Part shown: piece by piece, positions 18,530 through 27,472 of the stretch
Position numbering within the stretch: position 1 is the first letter of the stretch
How the letters are laid out: every line of letters begins with the position of its first letter
DNA from: an uncultured Acidobacteriota bacterium
GTDB taxonomy: Bacteria; Acidobacteriota; Vicinamibacteria; Vicinamibacterales; UBA2999
Reading direction: 5' to 3'
NCBI GenBank assembly: GCA_963846425.1
Contig: CAWJVW010000005.1
Span: 3,163,732 to 3,227,731, forward strand
DNA: 64,000 bases
Translations under genes and position numbers: made by a program
The notes under the pieces: model-generated
Told to the model about the DNA's origin: nothing
The model's input: only the letters and a program-made list of their open reading frames with translations
Database searches by the model: none

Positions 18530-20389
18530 ATGCGCCAGTCCTCCTTCCTCGAAGAAATCGATCGCCGCGTCCTGGTCTGCGACGGCGCAATGGGCACCCA
18601 GCTTTACGCCAAGGGTGTGTTCATCAACCGCTGCTTCGAATCGCTGAACGTGACGCACGCGGAACTCGTGGGCAGCGTCCATGCCGAATACGTGCGGGCT
18701 GGCGCGGATGTCATCGAGACCAACACCTTTGGCGCCAATCGCATCAAGCTGCGAGCCTTTGGCCTGAGTGAGAAGGTCAAAGCGATCAATCTGGAGGGCG
18801 CACGCATCGCGCGCGCGGCGGCGGGCGATCGCGTCTATGTCGCAGGCGCAATCGGCCCGCTGGGTATCCGGGTCGAGCCGTGGGGCAAGACCGGCGTTGA
18901 CGAAGCCGAGGCGTATTTCACAGAGCAGGCCGAGGCGCTTGTCGAGGGCGGCGTCGATTTGTTCATCCTCGAAACATTTCGCGACCTCAATGAGATCGGG
19001 GCGGCGATTACAGCAGTACGCGGCGTGTGCAATCTGCCGATCGTTGCGCAGATGACGACTGAAGAGGACGGCAACAGCCTGGACGGTACCCCGCCCGAAC
19101 AGTTTGCGCCCGTGCTGCTCGAGCATGGCGCCGATGTTGTGGGCGTCAATTGCAGTGTCGGCCCTGCCCCAATGCTGGAATCGATCGAGCGTCTGGCGGC
19201 GGTGACCGATGCGCGTCTGTCGGCGCTGCCCAATGCTGGCAAGCCGCGCGACATCGAGGGCCGCAACATTTACTTGTGCTCGCCGGAGTACATGGCCTCC
19301 TACGCGCGCCGCTTCATCGCCAACGGCGTTCGGCTCGTCGGTGGGTGCTGCGGGACGACTCCTGAGCACATCCGCCAGATCAGCACGGCCGTAAAGCGCA
19401 TGGCCCCTGCGGCCAGGACTGCTGCCGGCACAACCGATACGCGGGCCGTGTCGGTTGCTGACGCAGCCTATGCCCAGAAGCCGGTCGCACGTGCCGCGAA
19501 ATCGCGGTTTGCGTCGGCGCTGGCGGGCGGTCGGTTCGTCATTGGCGTGGAGCTCGCGCCCCCGCGAGGGCTCGCGTGCGCGGAGGCGATTGAGGGGGCG
19601 AAGTCTCTCGCCGGACGCAACGTCGACGCGGTGACGATTCTTGACGGGCCGCGCACTGGCGCCCGCATGAGCGCGTTGTCGCTGGCCGTGCTGGTGCAAC
19701 AACAGGCCGGTGTCGAGACGCTGCTTCAGTATTCGTGCCGCGACAAGAATCTGCTGGGGATCCAGTCCGACCTGCTCGGCGCATACGCGATGGGGCTGCG
19801 CAATCTCCTAGGGATCACTGGCGACGTGCGAACACTGGGCGACATTCCCGATGCGACCGCGGTGTTCGACGTGGACTCAATTGGCCTCACCAACGTGCTC
19901 ACCAGGCTCAATCATGGGCTCGACGTTGGTGGACAGCCCATCGGGGCGCCCACGACATTCCATATCGGCGTGATGGTCAACCCGGCCGCCGACGATCTGG
20001 ATGCCGAGCTGCGCCGATTCGAATACAAAGTCGAGGCCGGCGCCGAATACGCCGTCACGCGTCCCGTCTTCGACGTCAAAGCGATGGAGCGTTTTCTCGA
20101 TCGCACTCGGGCCTTCCGCATCCCGATCCTGGCTGGCCTGTGGCCGTTCGAGAGCGTGCTCAACGCCGAGTTCATGGCGAACGAGGTGCCCGGTGTAACC
20201 GTGCCCGAGGCGCTGTTGCAACGTATGAAACTGACGGAAAGCGAGGAGGCTGCGGCTGAGGAGGGTATCGCGATCGCGCATGAGCTCGGCGTCGAACTTC
20301 GCCAAATGGTGCAAGGCCTGCACGTCTCCGCCCCATCCAGCCGACTCGACTTGGCGTTGAGGACGTTGGACGCACTTTCTGGCGCTTAA
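18530..20389 (+). CDS. Bifunctional homocysteine S-methyltransferase / methylenetetrahydrofolate reductase (YitJ-like)
   Basis: N-terminal Hcy-binding domain (LVCDGAMGTQL, IETNTFGAN, GGCCGTTPEHI) fused to a C-terminal MTHFR-like domain. Confidence 0.85.
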   Translation: MRQSSFLEEIDRRVLVCDGAMGTQLYAKGVFINRCFESLNVTHAELVGSVHAEYVRAGADVIETNTFGANRIKLRAFGLSEKVKAINLEGARIARAAAGDRVYVAGAIGPLGIRVEPWGKTGVDEAEAYFTEQAEALVEGGVDLFILETFRDLNEIGAAITAVRGVCNLPIVAQMTTEEDGNSLDGTPPEQFAPVLLEHGADVVGVNCSVGPAPMLESIERLAAVTDARLSALPNAGKPRDIEGRNIYLCSPEYMASYARRFIANGVRLVGGCCGTTPEHIRQISTAVKRMAPAARTAAGTTDTRAVSVADAAYAQKPVARAAKSRFASALAGGRFVIGVELAPPRGLACAEAIEGAKSLAGRNVDAVTILDGPRTGARMSALSLAVLVQQQAGVETLLQYSCRDKNLLGIQSDLLGAYAMGLRNLLGITGDVRTLGDIPDATAVFDVDSIGLTNVLTRLNHGLDVGGQPIGAPTTFHIGVMVNPAADDLDAELRRFEYKVEAGAEYAVTRPVFDVKAMERFLDRTRAFRIPILAGLWPFESVLNAEFMANEVPGVTVPEALLQRMKLTESEEAAAEEGIAIAHELGVELRQMVQGLHVSAPSSRLDLALRTLDALSGA

Positions 20390-20575
20390 AGGATCAGGTG
20401 GCGGGCGCACGAGCTCGAGGCCTCAGGATCGACGATGTCGGTCTAATACGCTGGCCCTGAAACCTGGGGCCCGTTACACATCTGATATAGTGCCGTCCGG
20501 CTTCACGTCGATTACGCCGCAGGGCACCGTTGCAAGAGCCAAAAGGCACACTGAATCGAAGCGGAGGTAGCTCAG

Positions 20576-21265
20576 ATGGCGCTATTCGACAACGAACGGG
20601 ACGAAACTCTCAGCGGTGACGCGGCCACGCGGGCGCTGTCAGTCACAGTTGTCGAAAACCACTTCGTCGAGCGCGTCTACGAAAAACTCGCCAACGTCTA
20701 CGACCTCGTCTTCGGCCCCACTCTTCACCCGGGCCGCCTTGAGGCCCTCAAGAAAATGAACATCCAGGGCGGCGACGCCGTGCTGGAGGTTGGTGTCGGC
20801 ACGGGGATCAATCTTTCGCTGTACCCGTCGAGTGGGGCGATTACCGGCATCGATTTGTCGACGCCGATGCTGGACAAAGCTCGCGAGCGAATTTTCCGAA
20901 AGGGCCTGCGCAACTGCCGCGTCACGGAGATGGATGCTGCCGCGATGTCGTTCCCCGACGAGTCTTTCGACATCGTCTACGCGCCCTATCTCATTAGCGT
21001 CGTCCCGGACCCCGTCAAGGTCGCGCAAGAGATGCGCCGTGTCTGTCGTCGCGGCGGCCGCATAGTCATCCTGAATCATTTCAAGAGCCAGAACCCGATA
21101 CTGTCGCGGTTCGATACGGCAATCTCTCCCCTTACCGTGCACATTGGCTTCAAAACTGATCTCGACCTCAACGCCTTCCTCACTCAGGCCGACCTGACGC
21201 CGATCTCGATCGAGAAGGTCAACATCTTCAAGATGTGGACGCTCGTGACGTGCGTCAAAGAGTAG
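20576..21265 (+). CDS. Class I SAM-dependent methyltransferase
   Basis: Motif I VLEVGVGTGINL and post-I GIDLS, ~229 aa. Substrate unknown. Confidence 0.75.
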   Translation: MALFDNERDETLSGDAATRALSVTVVENHFVERVYEKLANVYDLVFGPTLHPGRLEALKKMNIQGGDAVLEVGVGTGINLSLYPSSGAITGIDLSTPMLDKARERIFRKGLRNCRVTEMDAAAMSFPDESFDIVYAPYLISVVPDPVKVAQEMRRVCRRGGRIVILNHFKSQNPILSRFDTAISPLTVHIGFKTDLDLNAFLTQADLTPISIEKVNIFKMWTLVTCVKE

Positions 21266-21316
21266 GACTCGGCGGTTTCACCGCCTCGTAAGACTCGCTC
21301 GCTTTGCTCGCTCGTC
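21265..21316. mobile_element. Miniature copy of the GGACTCG...CGAGTCC palindromic element
   Basis: GGACTCGGCGGTTTCACCGCC...GCTCGCTCGTCC starts on the G of the TAG stop. Its ends resemble the elements at 32818 and 36230. Confidence 0.45.
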
Positions 21317-21318
21317 CG

Positions 21319-21819
21319 TTAAACCTTCCGGACCCGGTCCATTTGCTCCAACGTCTCAGGCGGCAGCTTGATGAACAACGCCTCCCCTTCCGCATAAGCC
21401 TTACCATCGTCGTCGGTCAGCCGCGAGCGGATGAACATTTTGCGACGTTCGATGTTCTCAATCCACGACTCGACGCGGCCAACGAATCCGACTGGTGTCA
21501 TGTGCAGGTAGTTGATCGTGATGCGCGCACCGACGACGGGGTGACCGTTCATCCAGCAGACCGCGCCCATGGCTTCATCGAGAACGGCGGCGATGGCGCC
21601 GCCATGGACCGAATCCGGTGGCCCCTCGCTCCCTGGTCCAAAGGCGACGCGCGCGTGCAAATGGTCGCTCGGCGGCGCGCGGAAATACTGCACTCGTGTC
21701 CGATCCGCTGCGGCTGTGCCTGAAACGAATGACCCCGCTGCCGGTGTCGACAGAAATGGCTGCACCGGCTGCCAGCCGTCCACGGGCTGTCGAAAACGTT
21801 CCGAATCGTCAGGAACCAA
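21319..21819 (-). CDS. PaaI-family hotdog thioesterase
   Basis: VHGGAIAAVLDEAMG motif, ~166 aa. Confidence 0.75.
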   Translation of the reverse strand: MVPDDSERFRQPVDGWQPVQPFLSTPAAGSFVSGTAAADRTRVQYFRAPPSDHLHARVAFGPGSEGPPDSVHGGAIAAVLDEAMGAVCWMNGHPVVGARITINYLHMTPVGFVGRVESWIENIERRKMFIRSRLTDDDGKAYAEGEALFIKLPPETLEQMDRVRKV

Positions 21820-23089
21820 ACGGATCCTCCAGTGAGCGGCTCTGTGGCGTCATGAGTTCGGCGCCGGAGTCGGTGATGATCATGTCGTCTTCGAGCCGCA
21901 CCCCGAACTCGCCGCGGATGTAGATGCCGGGTTCGTCGCTGAAAGTCATGCCGGGGGCGAGCGGAAGCTTGTTGCCGCGGACAAGATACGGCCACTCGTG
22001 GCCGTCCATGCCCATACCGTGCCCGACACGGTGCGTGAAGAACTTGTAATCAGGACCATAGCCCGCGTCGACGATGACCTTGCGCGCTGCGGCGTCAACG
22101 GCTTCGCAGGGGACACCGGGCCGGGCCGCCTTCAGTGCTGCCGTCTGCGCGGCAAGCTCGATGTCGAACACCGATTTCATCTTGTCGGCGGCTCTGCCGA
22201 GAACGAACGTGCGGCTGATGTCGGACGCATATCCCTCGGCGCTGCACCCCCCGTCGATCAGCAGGATTGTCCCTTGGCGAATGATTTGGGGCGCAATCGA
22301 TCCGTGAGGCAGGGCCGAATACTCGCCAACCTGCACACCGGCGCCGCCCGTGAAGCCGAGCCGCTGATGCGCCAGTGCGACGAGACCAGCAAAGTCATCC
22401 TGCGTCATCCCTTCCTTCATCGCCTTGTATGCCGCCTCGTACGCCTTCAGCGTGACTTGCGACGCCAGACGCATGAGTTCCAGTTCGTGCGCATCCTTCA
22501 CCGTGCGGCAGCCCGCCGTCACCGGCGTGCCGCTCACGATCTTCAGTGCAGGCGCCGCCTGTGTGACGCCGTCGCTGAACACGTGCCGCACCGTCTCTTC
22601 GATTCCAATGCGTCCCGCTGCGATACCGCGATCGCGTAGGCCTTGGCCGACGCGTTCGTACGGACTCTCGTGCTCCTCCCAGGTCCGCACGTCCGCCTTG
22701 GCGCCGACCGGTCCATTGGCAATCTGCTCGCGTGCGCGGTCCTCTTCGAATGCGGGGCAGACAAAAAACGGCTCGCCTCGGGACGGCAGGATCATCGCAA
22801 AGAGACGCTCGCTGAGTCCCCACCGAATGCCACTGAAATACACGAGCGACGTGCCGCCCGTGAGCAGGACCGCATCGATCCTGTGTTCGCTCATCAGCCG
22901 CCGTGCTTTGTCGATGCGCCCCCGGCGCTCGACCGCTGTGATTGGCTTCGCGAGGTGACGCATCGACTGGAGGGTCGCCAGCGACGGGGGCAGTGCCGCT
23001 TCCTGTGCCTCGACTCCTGGGAGGGCCGTCAGACCCAGCGCGCCAGCGGCAACAGATCCGCTTTTCAGGAACGTTCGACGTTTCATCAT
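21809..23089 (-). CDS. M24-family Xaa-Pro aminopeptidase/dipeptidase with Tat signal
   Basis: KRRTFLKSG twin-arginine signal, creatinase-like N-domain, HRVGHGMGMDGHE and E..E metal ligands. Confidence 0.85.
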   Translation of the reverse strand: MMKRRTFLKSGSVAAGALGLTALPGVEAQEAALPPSLATLQSMRHLAKPITAVERRGRIDKARRLMSEHRIDAVLLTGGTSLVYFSGIRWGLSERLFAMILPSRGEPFFVCPAFEEDRAREQIANGPVGAKADVRTWEEHESPYERVGQGLRDRGIAAGRIGIEETVRHVFSDGVTQAAPALKIVSGTPVTAGCRTVKDAHELELMRLASQVTLKAYEAAYKAMKEGMTQDDFAGLVALAHQRLGFTGGAGVQVGEYSALPHGSIAPQIIRQGTILLIDGGCSAEGYASDISRTFVLGRAADKMKSVFDIELAAQTAALKAARPGVPCEAVDAAARKVIVDAGYGPDYKFFTHRVGHGMGMDGHEWPYLVRGNKLPLAPGMTFSDEPGIYIRGEFGVRLEDDMIITDSGAELMTPQSRSLEDPFGS

Positions 23090-23183
23090 CAGGCCATCAT
23101 AAACGGTCGATGAGCCGACTTGCTCGCGGTCAGCACATTAGATGGGAGCGGTTTAATCAGGCTCTGCGACCCAGGAGGTAGCT

Positions 23184-23738
23184 GTGGCTCGTCTCATTTT
23201 CCGCAGATGGGTGGTGGTAATCGGCGTCGCAGTCCTTGGAATATCCGAGGCATCGGCTCAGGCACCCGCAGCGTCGTTCGAACAATTGAGGAGCTGCCTC
23301 ACTCCTGGTGATTTGGTGTTCCTCACCGACGCCGAGCGACGGGTGAGCAAGGGCACGCTCGTAGAGTTATCGGGAACTTCGCTTCGCCTGTTGGTCGACG
23401 GGATGCCTCGTGACTTCGTCGAGGCCGACGTCAGCGAGATCGATCGCCAATCGTCAGACTCGGTGCTCAATGGCCTCTTGCTGGGAGCGGCCGTTGGGGG
23501 TGCGATCTTTCTGAAGTACTACTCCGAGAATGCGCTATGCCAGGCGAACTGTCAGTTTGTCTCCGGTGCTCTCAGCTTGATCGCGATCGGCGGCGCTGTC
23601 GGGGCAGGAATCGACGCATTGGTCGCTCAAAGGAAACCTGTATTCAGGCTTGGATCGCGTACCAGGCCTGGCGCGGCCCGCCAATTCGGTTTGTGGTTTT
23701 ATCCCCAGGGTGCCTTGGGACTCCAGTTCAGTTTCTAG
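23184..23738 (+). CDS. Hypothetical secreted/membrane protein
   Basis: Signal peptide VVIGVAVLGISEASAQ and a Gly-rich hydrophobic C-terminal half. No domain recognised. Confidence 0.5.
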   Translation: MARLIFRRWVVVIGVAVLGISEASAQAPAASFEQLRSCLTPGDLVFLTDAERRVSKGTLVELSGTSLRLLVDGMPRDFVEADVSEIDRQSSDSVLNGLLLGAAVGGAIFLKYYSENALCQANCQFVSGALSLIAIGGAVGAGIDALVAQRKPVFRLGSRTRPGAARQFGLWFYPQGALGLQFSF

Positions 23739-23743
23739 CGCGG

Positions 23744-24889
23744 TTAATCTTGCATCATTGCAAGCAGAAGTCTTGACGCGATGTCAGCGCCGTTCACGGC
23801 CGGGTCCTCAGGCGGGCGTGGTTGCGCAAGCAACGCGTCGAGGTAAGGCGTCCAGTTGCCGGCAAAGAGATCGGAATGATCAATGTATGCGGTGCGCAGA
23901 AACCGCGGCATCTCGGCAACCAAAACGTCATATTCGATAAAGTGTCCGCGTGACGTGTGCAGCAGCGCCGTGTCGTTGGCAAGGCATTCGGCGATGATTC
24001 CGTAGCCAGGCTTAGTGACGACCACTTCGACGCTGCGAACGATGTCCTCGTAGCGAAAACCTGCCGTATACATGGCGGGCTCGTCGAGTGGAATGGGTGA
24101 GGGATTCGACAATTGTTCCGCCGTCATCATCAGGTTGGCCGGTACAAGCGCCACAAAACCGTCGAGTTGTCCCAGTCGATCGAGGTCGAGACGCTCGAGG
24201 CCATAGCCGCCAAAAGAGACGAGCACGAGTCGCTTGTCCAGCGGAAAGCCCATCGCCGTTCGCGTCTCCAGCGGATCGCGTGCTGACCGTCGCGCAATGA
24301 ACGGAACGTCGACAACCCGGGGGAACGCCGCGAATCCGCCGTGCATCGGCAGACGCAGTGCGAGATCGGCTCGCGCATACGCGTTTCCGATCGCGCGGAC
24401 GACCTCGTCCGTGTCTGGGTACGCCGCGTAGATCCAGTCCCACGTGAAGTTTCCCAGAGCAATCGCGGGCACGCCGGCGGTGGCGGCGGCCGCAACGCCG
24501 AGCGGTGGAATATCGGCGACAACGATCGAGGCACGCACGTCGTTCAAAAAGGCGACTTCATGGGTCACTCGCGTGTCAAACGTGCGCATGAAATCGGAGG
24601 CGCGGTCGACCGTTTGTCCAACGTTTAGATGGAGGCTGTCGATCTGGACGACGCCGGTGTCGGTTTCGATGGGGTGATACTCGATTGGCTGCGAGCTCCG
24701 CACAGTTAGATCGAACAGCCACTTGGGCGCCATCGTCCGGACGATGATGCGGAGATCCGGGTCATGCGCGAGAAGCGCATTGATGACTTCGACGCTGCGG
24801 GAGGCGTGACCGAACCCATGGCCGGAAATGTAGAAAACGAGGGTTCTCTTCGAGGGTTCCTTCCGGGATTTCCCGACAAGAGTTCCCAT
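23744..24889 (-). CDS. Putative GT-B fold glycosyltransferase (GT1/GT28-like)
   Basis: N-terminal FYISGHGFGHASRS motif, ~380 aa two-lobed protein. Assignment is from memory of the family. Confidence 0.5.
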   Translation of the reverse strand: MGTLVGKSRKEPSKRTLVFYISGHGFGHASRSVEVINALLAHDPDLRIIVRTMAPKWLFDLTVRSSQPIEYHPIETDTGVVQIDSLHLNVGQTVDRASDFMRTFDTRVTHEVAFLNDVRASIVVADIPPLGVAAAATAGVPAIALGNFTWDWIYAAYPDTDEVVRAIGNAYARADLALRLPMHGGFAAFPRVVDVPFIARRSARDPLETRTAMGFPLDKRLVLVSFGGYGLERLDLDRLGQLDGFVALVPANLMMTAEQLSNPSPIPLDEPAMYTAGFRYEDIVRSVEVVVTKPGYGIIAECLANDTALLHTSRGHFIEYDVLVAEMPRFLRTAYIDHSDLFAGNWTPYLDALLAQPRPPEDPAVNGADIASRLLLAMMQD

Positions 24890-24952
24890 GGGTTCTTTGC
24901 TGGGGTTCTTTGCTTGGTTCCTTTACTGAAGCTCCCTACCGAGGTTCTTTTA
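24842..24952. repeat. Direct degenerate GGTTCYTT repeats
   Basis: GGTTC at 24842, ~24856, 24891, 24904, 24916, 24943. The block spans the glycosyltransferase start, the 46-bp spacer and the lon stop. Confidence 0.6.
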
Positions 24953-27356
24953 CAAGAGTTTCGGAGAAAGGTTCCGATGCCGCGGCGGGTGTGGATGGGG
25001 TGGCGGTTGATGGTGCGGCCGACGGCTGCTCATGCGCCGGGAGCGCAATCTTCAGAACCTCTTCGAGAGTCGCGACGGGCACGAAGCGCATATCCTTCCG
25101 GATTTCTTCCGGCAACTCCTTGAGATCGGGCTCATTGAGAGCGGGCAGGATGAACGTGTGCAGGCCGAAGCGTTTGGCCGCGAGCGCCTTCTCGCGAATG
25201 CCCCCGACCGGCAGCACCAGACCACTCAGCGTAATCTCCCCGGTCATCGCCACATCCTGATTGACCGGCGTGCCTCGGGCAGCTGACAAGATCGCGGTGG
25301 CCATCGTGACGCCGGCCGAGGGTCCGTCCTTTGGAATTGCCCCGGCGGGGACGTGGATGTGCAAATCCTTCTGTTCCAGAAAATTCGGCTCGACGCCGAG
25401 CTCACGCGCGTTCGCGCGGATGTGACTGACGGCCGCGCGCGCCGACTCCTGCATCACCTCGCCCAATTGTCCCGTGAGGATGAACTGTCCACGGCCGCCG
25501 GGCAGCAGGCTCGCTTCGATGAAGAGGACGTCACCGCCCGTTTCCGTCCAGGCGACCCCAGTTGCCACACCGGGCCGCGATGTGCGAAACGCAACCTCGC
25601 GCTTGAATCGTGCGGGCCCCAGATATGTTTCCAGCTCGCTCGCTTCGACCGCGCTGACGACCGGCTCAGTGCCCATCGCGACGCTCGCGGCAATCTTTCG
25701 CGCGATTGTTCCAATCAACCGTTCCAGATTGCGGACGCCGGCCTCGCGCGTGTACTCGCTGATCACAGCTCGCAGCGCGGCTTCGGAGAAGCTCACCGCG
25801 TCAAGGGCAAGCCCATGCTCCGAGAGCTGTCGCGGGATGAGGAATCGATTCGCGATGTTCACCTTTTCGTCTTCGGTGTAGCCCGAGAGCCAGACGATCT
25901 CCATGCGGTCACGCAGCGCGGGATGCACCGGACCAATCTGATTGGCCGTCGCGATGAACAGCACCTTCGACAGATCGATTGGGACCTCCATGTAGTGATC
26001 ACGGAAGCTGTTGTTCTGCGCCGGATCCAGCACCTCGAGCAGCGCCGCCGCCGGGTCGCCCTGATAACCGACCGCGACCTTGTCGAGCTCGTCGAGCATG
26101 AAGACGGGATTCGCCGACCCCGCCTGCTTGAGCGCTTGCGCAATCCGCCCGGGCATCGATCCGATGTAGGTGCGGCGGTGCCCGCGGATCTCGGCTTCGT
26201 CGCGCACGCCGCCCAGCGAAATGCGAACGAACTTGCGTTGCATCGCGCGCGCAATCGACTGGCCGAGCGACGTCTTGCCCACTCCAGGCGGCCCAATGAA
26301 GCAGAGAATGGGCCCTTTCATGTCGCCTTTGAGCTTCCGCACCGCGAGGTACTCGACGATGCGCTCCTTGACCTTGTCGAGATCGTAATGATCCTCGTCG
26401 AGCACGCGGCGCGCCTCGACCGGGTCCAGGCGATCCTCGGTCACCGTTTCCCAGGGAAGCTCGAGAATCCAGTCGATGTACGTCCGGATCATCTGGTACT
26501 CAGGAGACGCCGGTCCCATGCGAGCCAGACGATCCAGCTCGCGGTTGGCAGCCGTCCGCACGTGCTCGGGCAGCGATGCCGCGGCCACACGCGCACGGAG
26601 ATCCTTGATCTCGTCGCCTTCACCTTCGCCAAGCTCCTCCTGAATCGCCTTCATTTGCTGGCGCAGGTAGTACTGCTTCTGCGCATCGGTCATCTCCTGC
26701 TGCGCCTGCGATTCGATCTTCCCCTTGAGCTCCAGGACGGAAACTTCACGCGTCAGCAACGAATGCACCAGCTCGAGCTTTTTCGGCAAGGGATCGGTTT
26801 CGAGCAGCTGTTGTTTTTCCTCCGCCTTGAGATCGAGCATGGTGCCGAGCAGGTACGACAGGCGCATGGGGTCGTCAATACCAGCCACCAGCTGCCGCAC
26901 CTCGGGCGCCAGCCCCGACGTAAGTGAGAGGGCACGATCGACGAGTTCCTGAATGCGACGAACGTACGCATCGACTTCGACACCCTCGTCTACTTGCTCA
27001 GGTGACAAAGTCAGCTGCGCGCGGAGCATCCCCGATTCAATCGATATTTTCGTTGCACGCGCTCTGGCCATCCCTTCGACGATGATGTTCAACCCTTGGG
27101 GGCCGCGTGCCATCTGCCGCACGATGCCAATCGTCCCAACGTCGTACATCTCCGTGACGTTCGGTTCTTCCTCATCGCCTTTCTGAAGCAGGAGCAGAAT
27201 GAGCCTGTCGCCCGCCAGCGCGGCATTGACCGCCTCAACAGACATGGGACGGTTGACCGCCAGCGGTTGCAGCGTCAGCGGGAACGCGACGGTGCGCCGG
27301 AGCGGGAGAACGGGCAATTCAGAAGGGAAGACAGCTGGTGGGGTAGGTTCGGCCAT
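24936..27356 (-). CDS. lon: ATP-dependent Lon protease
   Basis: LON N-domain, Walker A GPPGVGKTS, catalytic PKDGPSAGV, 806 aa. Confidence 0.95.
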   Translation of the reverse strand: MAEPTPPAVFPSELPVLPLRRTVAFPLTLQPLAVNRPMSVEAVNAALAGDRLILLLLQKGDEEEPNVTEMYDVGTIGIVRQMARGPQGLNIIVEGMARARATKISIESGMLRAQLTLSPEQVDEGVEVDAYVRRIQELVDRALSLTSGLAPEVRQLVAGIDDPMRLSYLLGTMLDLKAEEKQQLLETDPLPKKLELVHSLLTREVSVLELKGKIESQAQQEMTDAQKQYYLRQQMKAIQEELGEGEGDEIKDLRARVAAASLPEHVRTAANRELDRLARMGPASPEYQMIRTYIDWILELPWETVTEDRLDPVEARRVLDEDHYDLDKVKERIVEYLAVRKLKGDMKGPILCFIGPPGVGKTSLGQSIARAMQRKFVRISLGGVRDEAEIRGHRRTYIGSMPGRIAQALKQAGSANPVFMLDELDKVAVGYQGDPAAALLEVLDPAQNNSFRDHYMEVPIDLSKVLFIATANQIGPVHPALRDRMEIVWLSGYTEDEKVNIANRFLIPRQLSEHGLALDAVSFSEAALRAVISEYTREAGVRNLERLIGTIARKIAASVAMGTEPVVSAVEASELETYLGPARFKREVAFRTSRPGVATGVAWTETGGDVLFIEASLLPGGRGQFILTGQLGEVMQESARAAVSHIRANARELGVEPNFLEQKDLHIHVPAGAIPKDGPSAGVTMATAILSAARGTPVNQDVAMTGEITLSGLVLPVGGIREKALAAKRFGLHTFILPALNEPDLKELPEEIRKDMRFVPVATLEEVLKIALPAHEQPSAAPSTATPSTPAAASEPFSETLVKEPR

Positions 27357-27472
27357 CGCGCGATTCTTGGTTGATCATACGTCGGGTCGCAACTACCATC
27401 GGCTCAGGTTGAATTGTAGGGTGGTTGTTTGTCTTAGTCCCGCTAGCACGCGGGCAGAGAGAGGGGCGGGCC

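Noticed and set aside
18422-19702. Long antisense or shadow ORFs opposite well-supported genes (for example 232..1191, 18422..19702, 25353..26927, 35430..36455, 38614..39942, 61884..63536, 45988..47013)
   Set aside because: These are typical GC-rich shadow frames. They are Arg/Ala/Pro/Gly-rich with no recognisable motifs, and each fully overlaps a gene with strong family signatures on the other strand.
20390-20575. 186-bp untranslated gap between the Hcy-methyltransferase/MTHFR gene and the SAM-dependent methyltransferase, examined for a SAM or other riboswitch or a small RNA
   Set aside because: I could not recognise any conserved riboswitch core or tRNA-like structure by eye. A covariance-model scan would be needed to say more.
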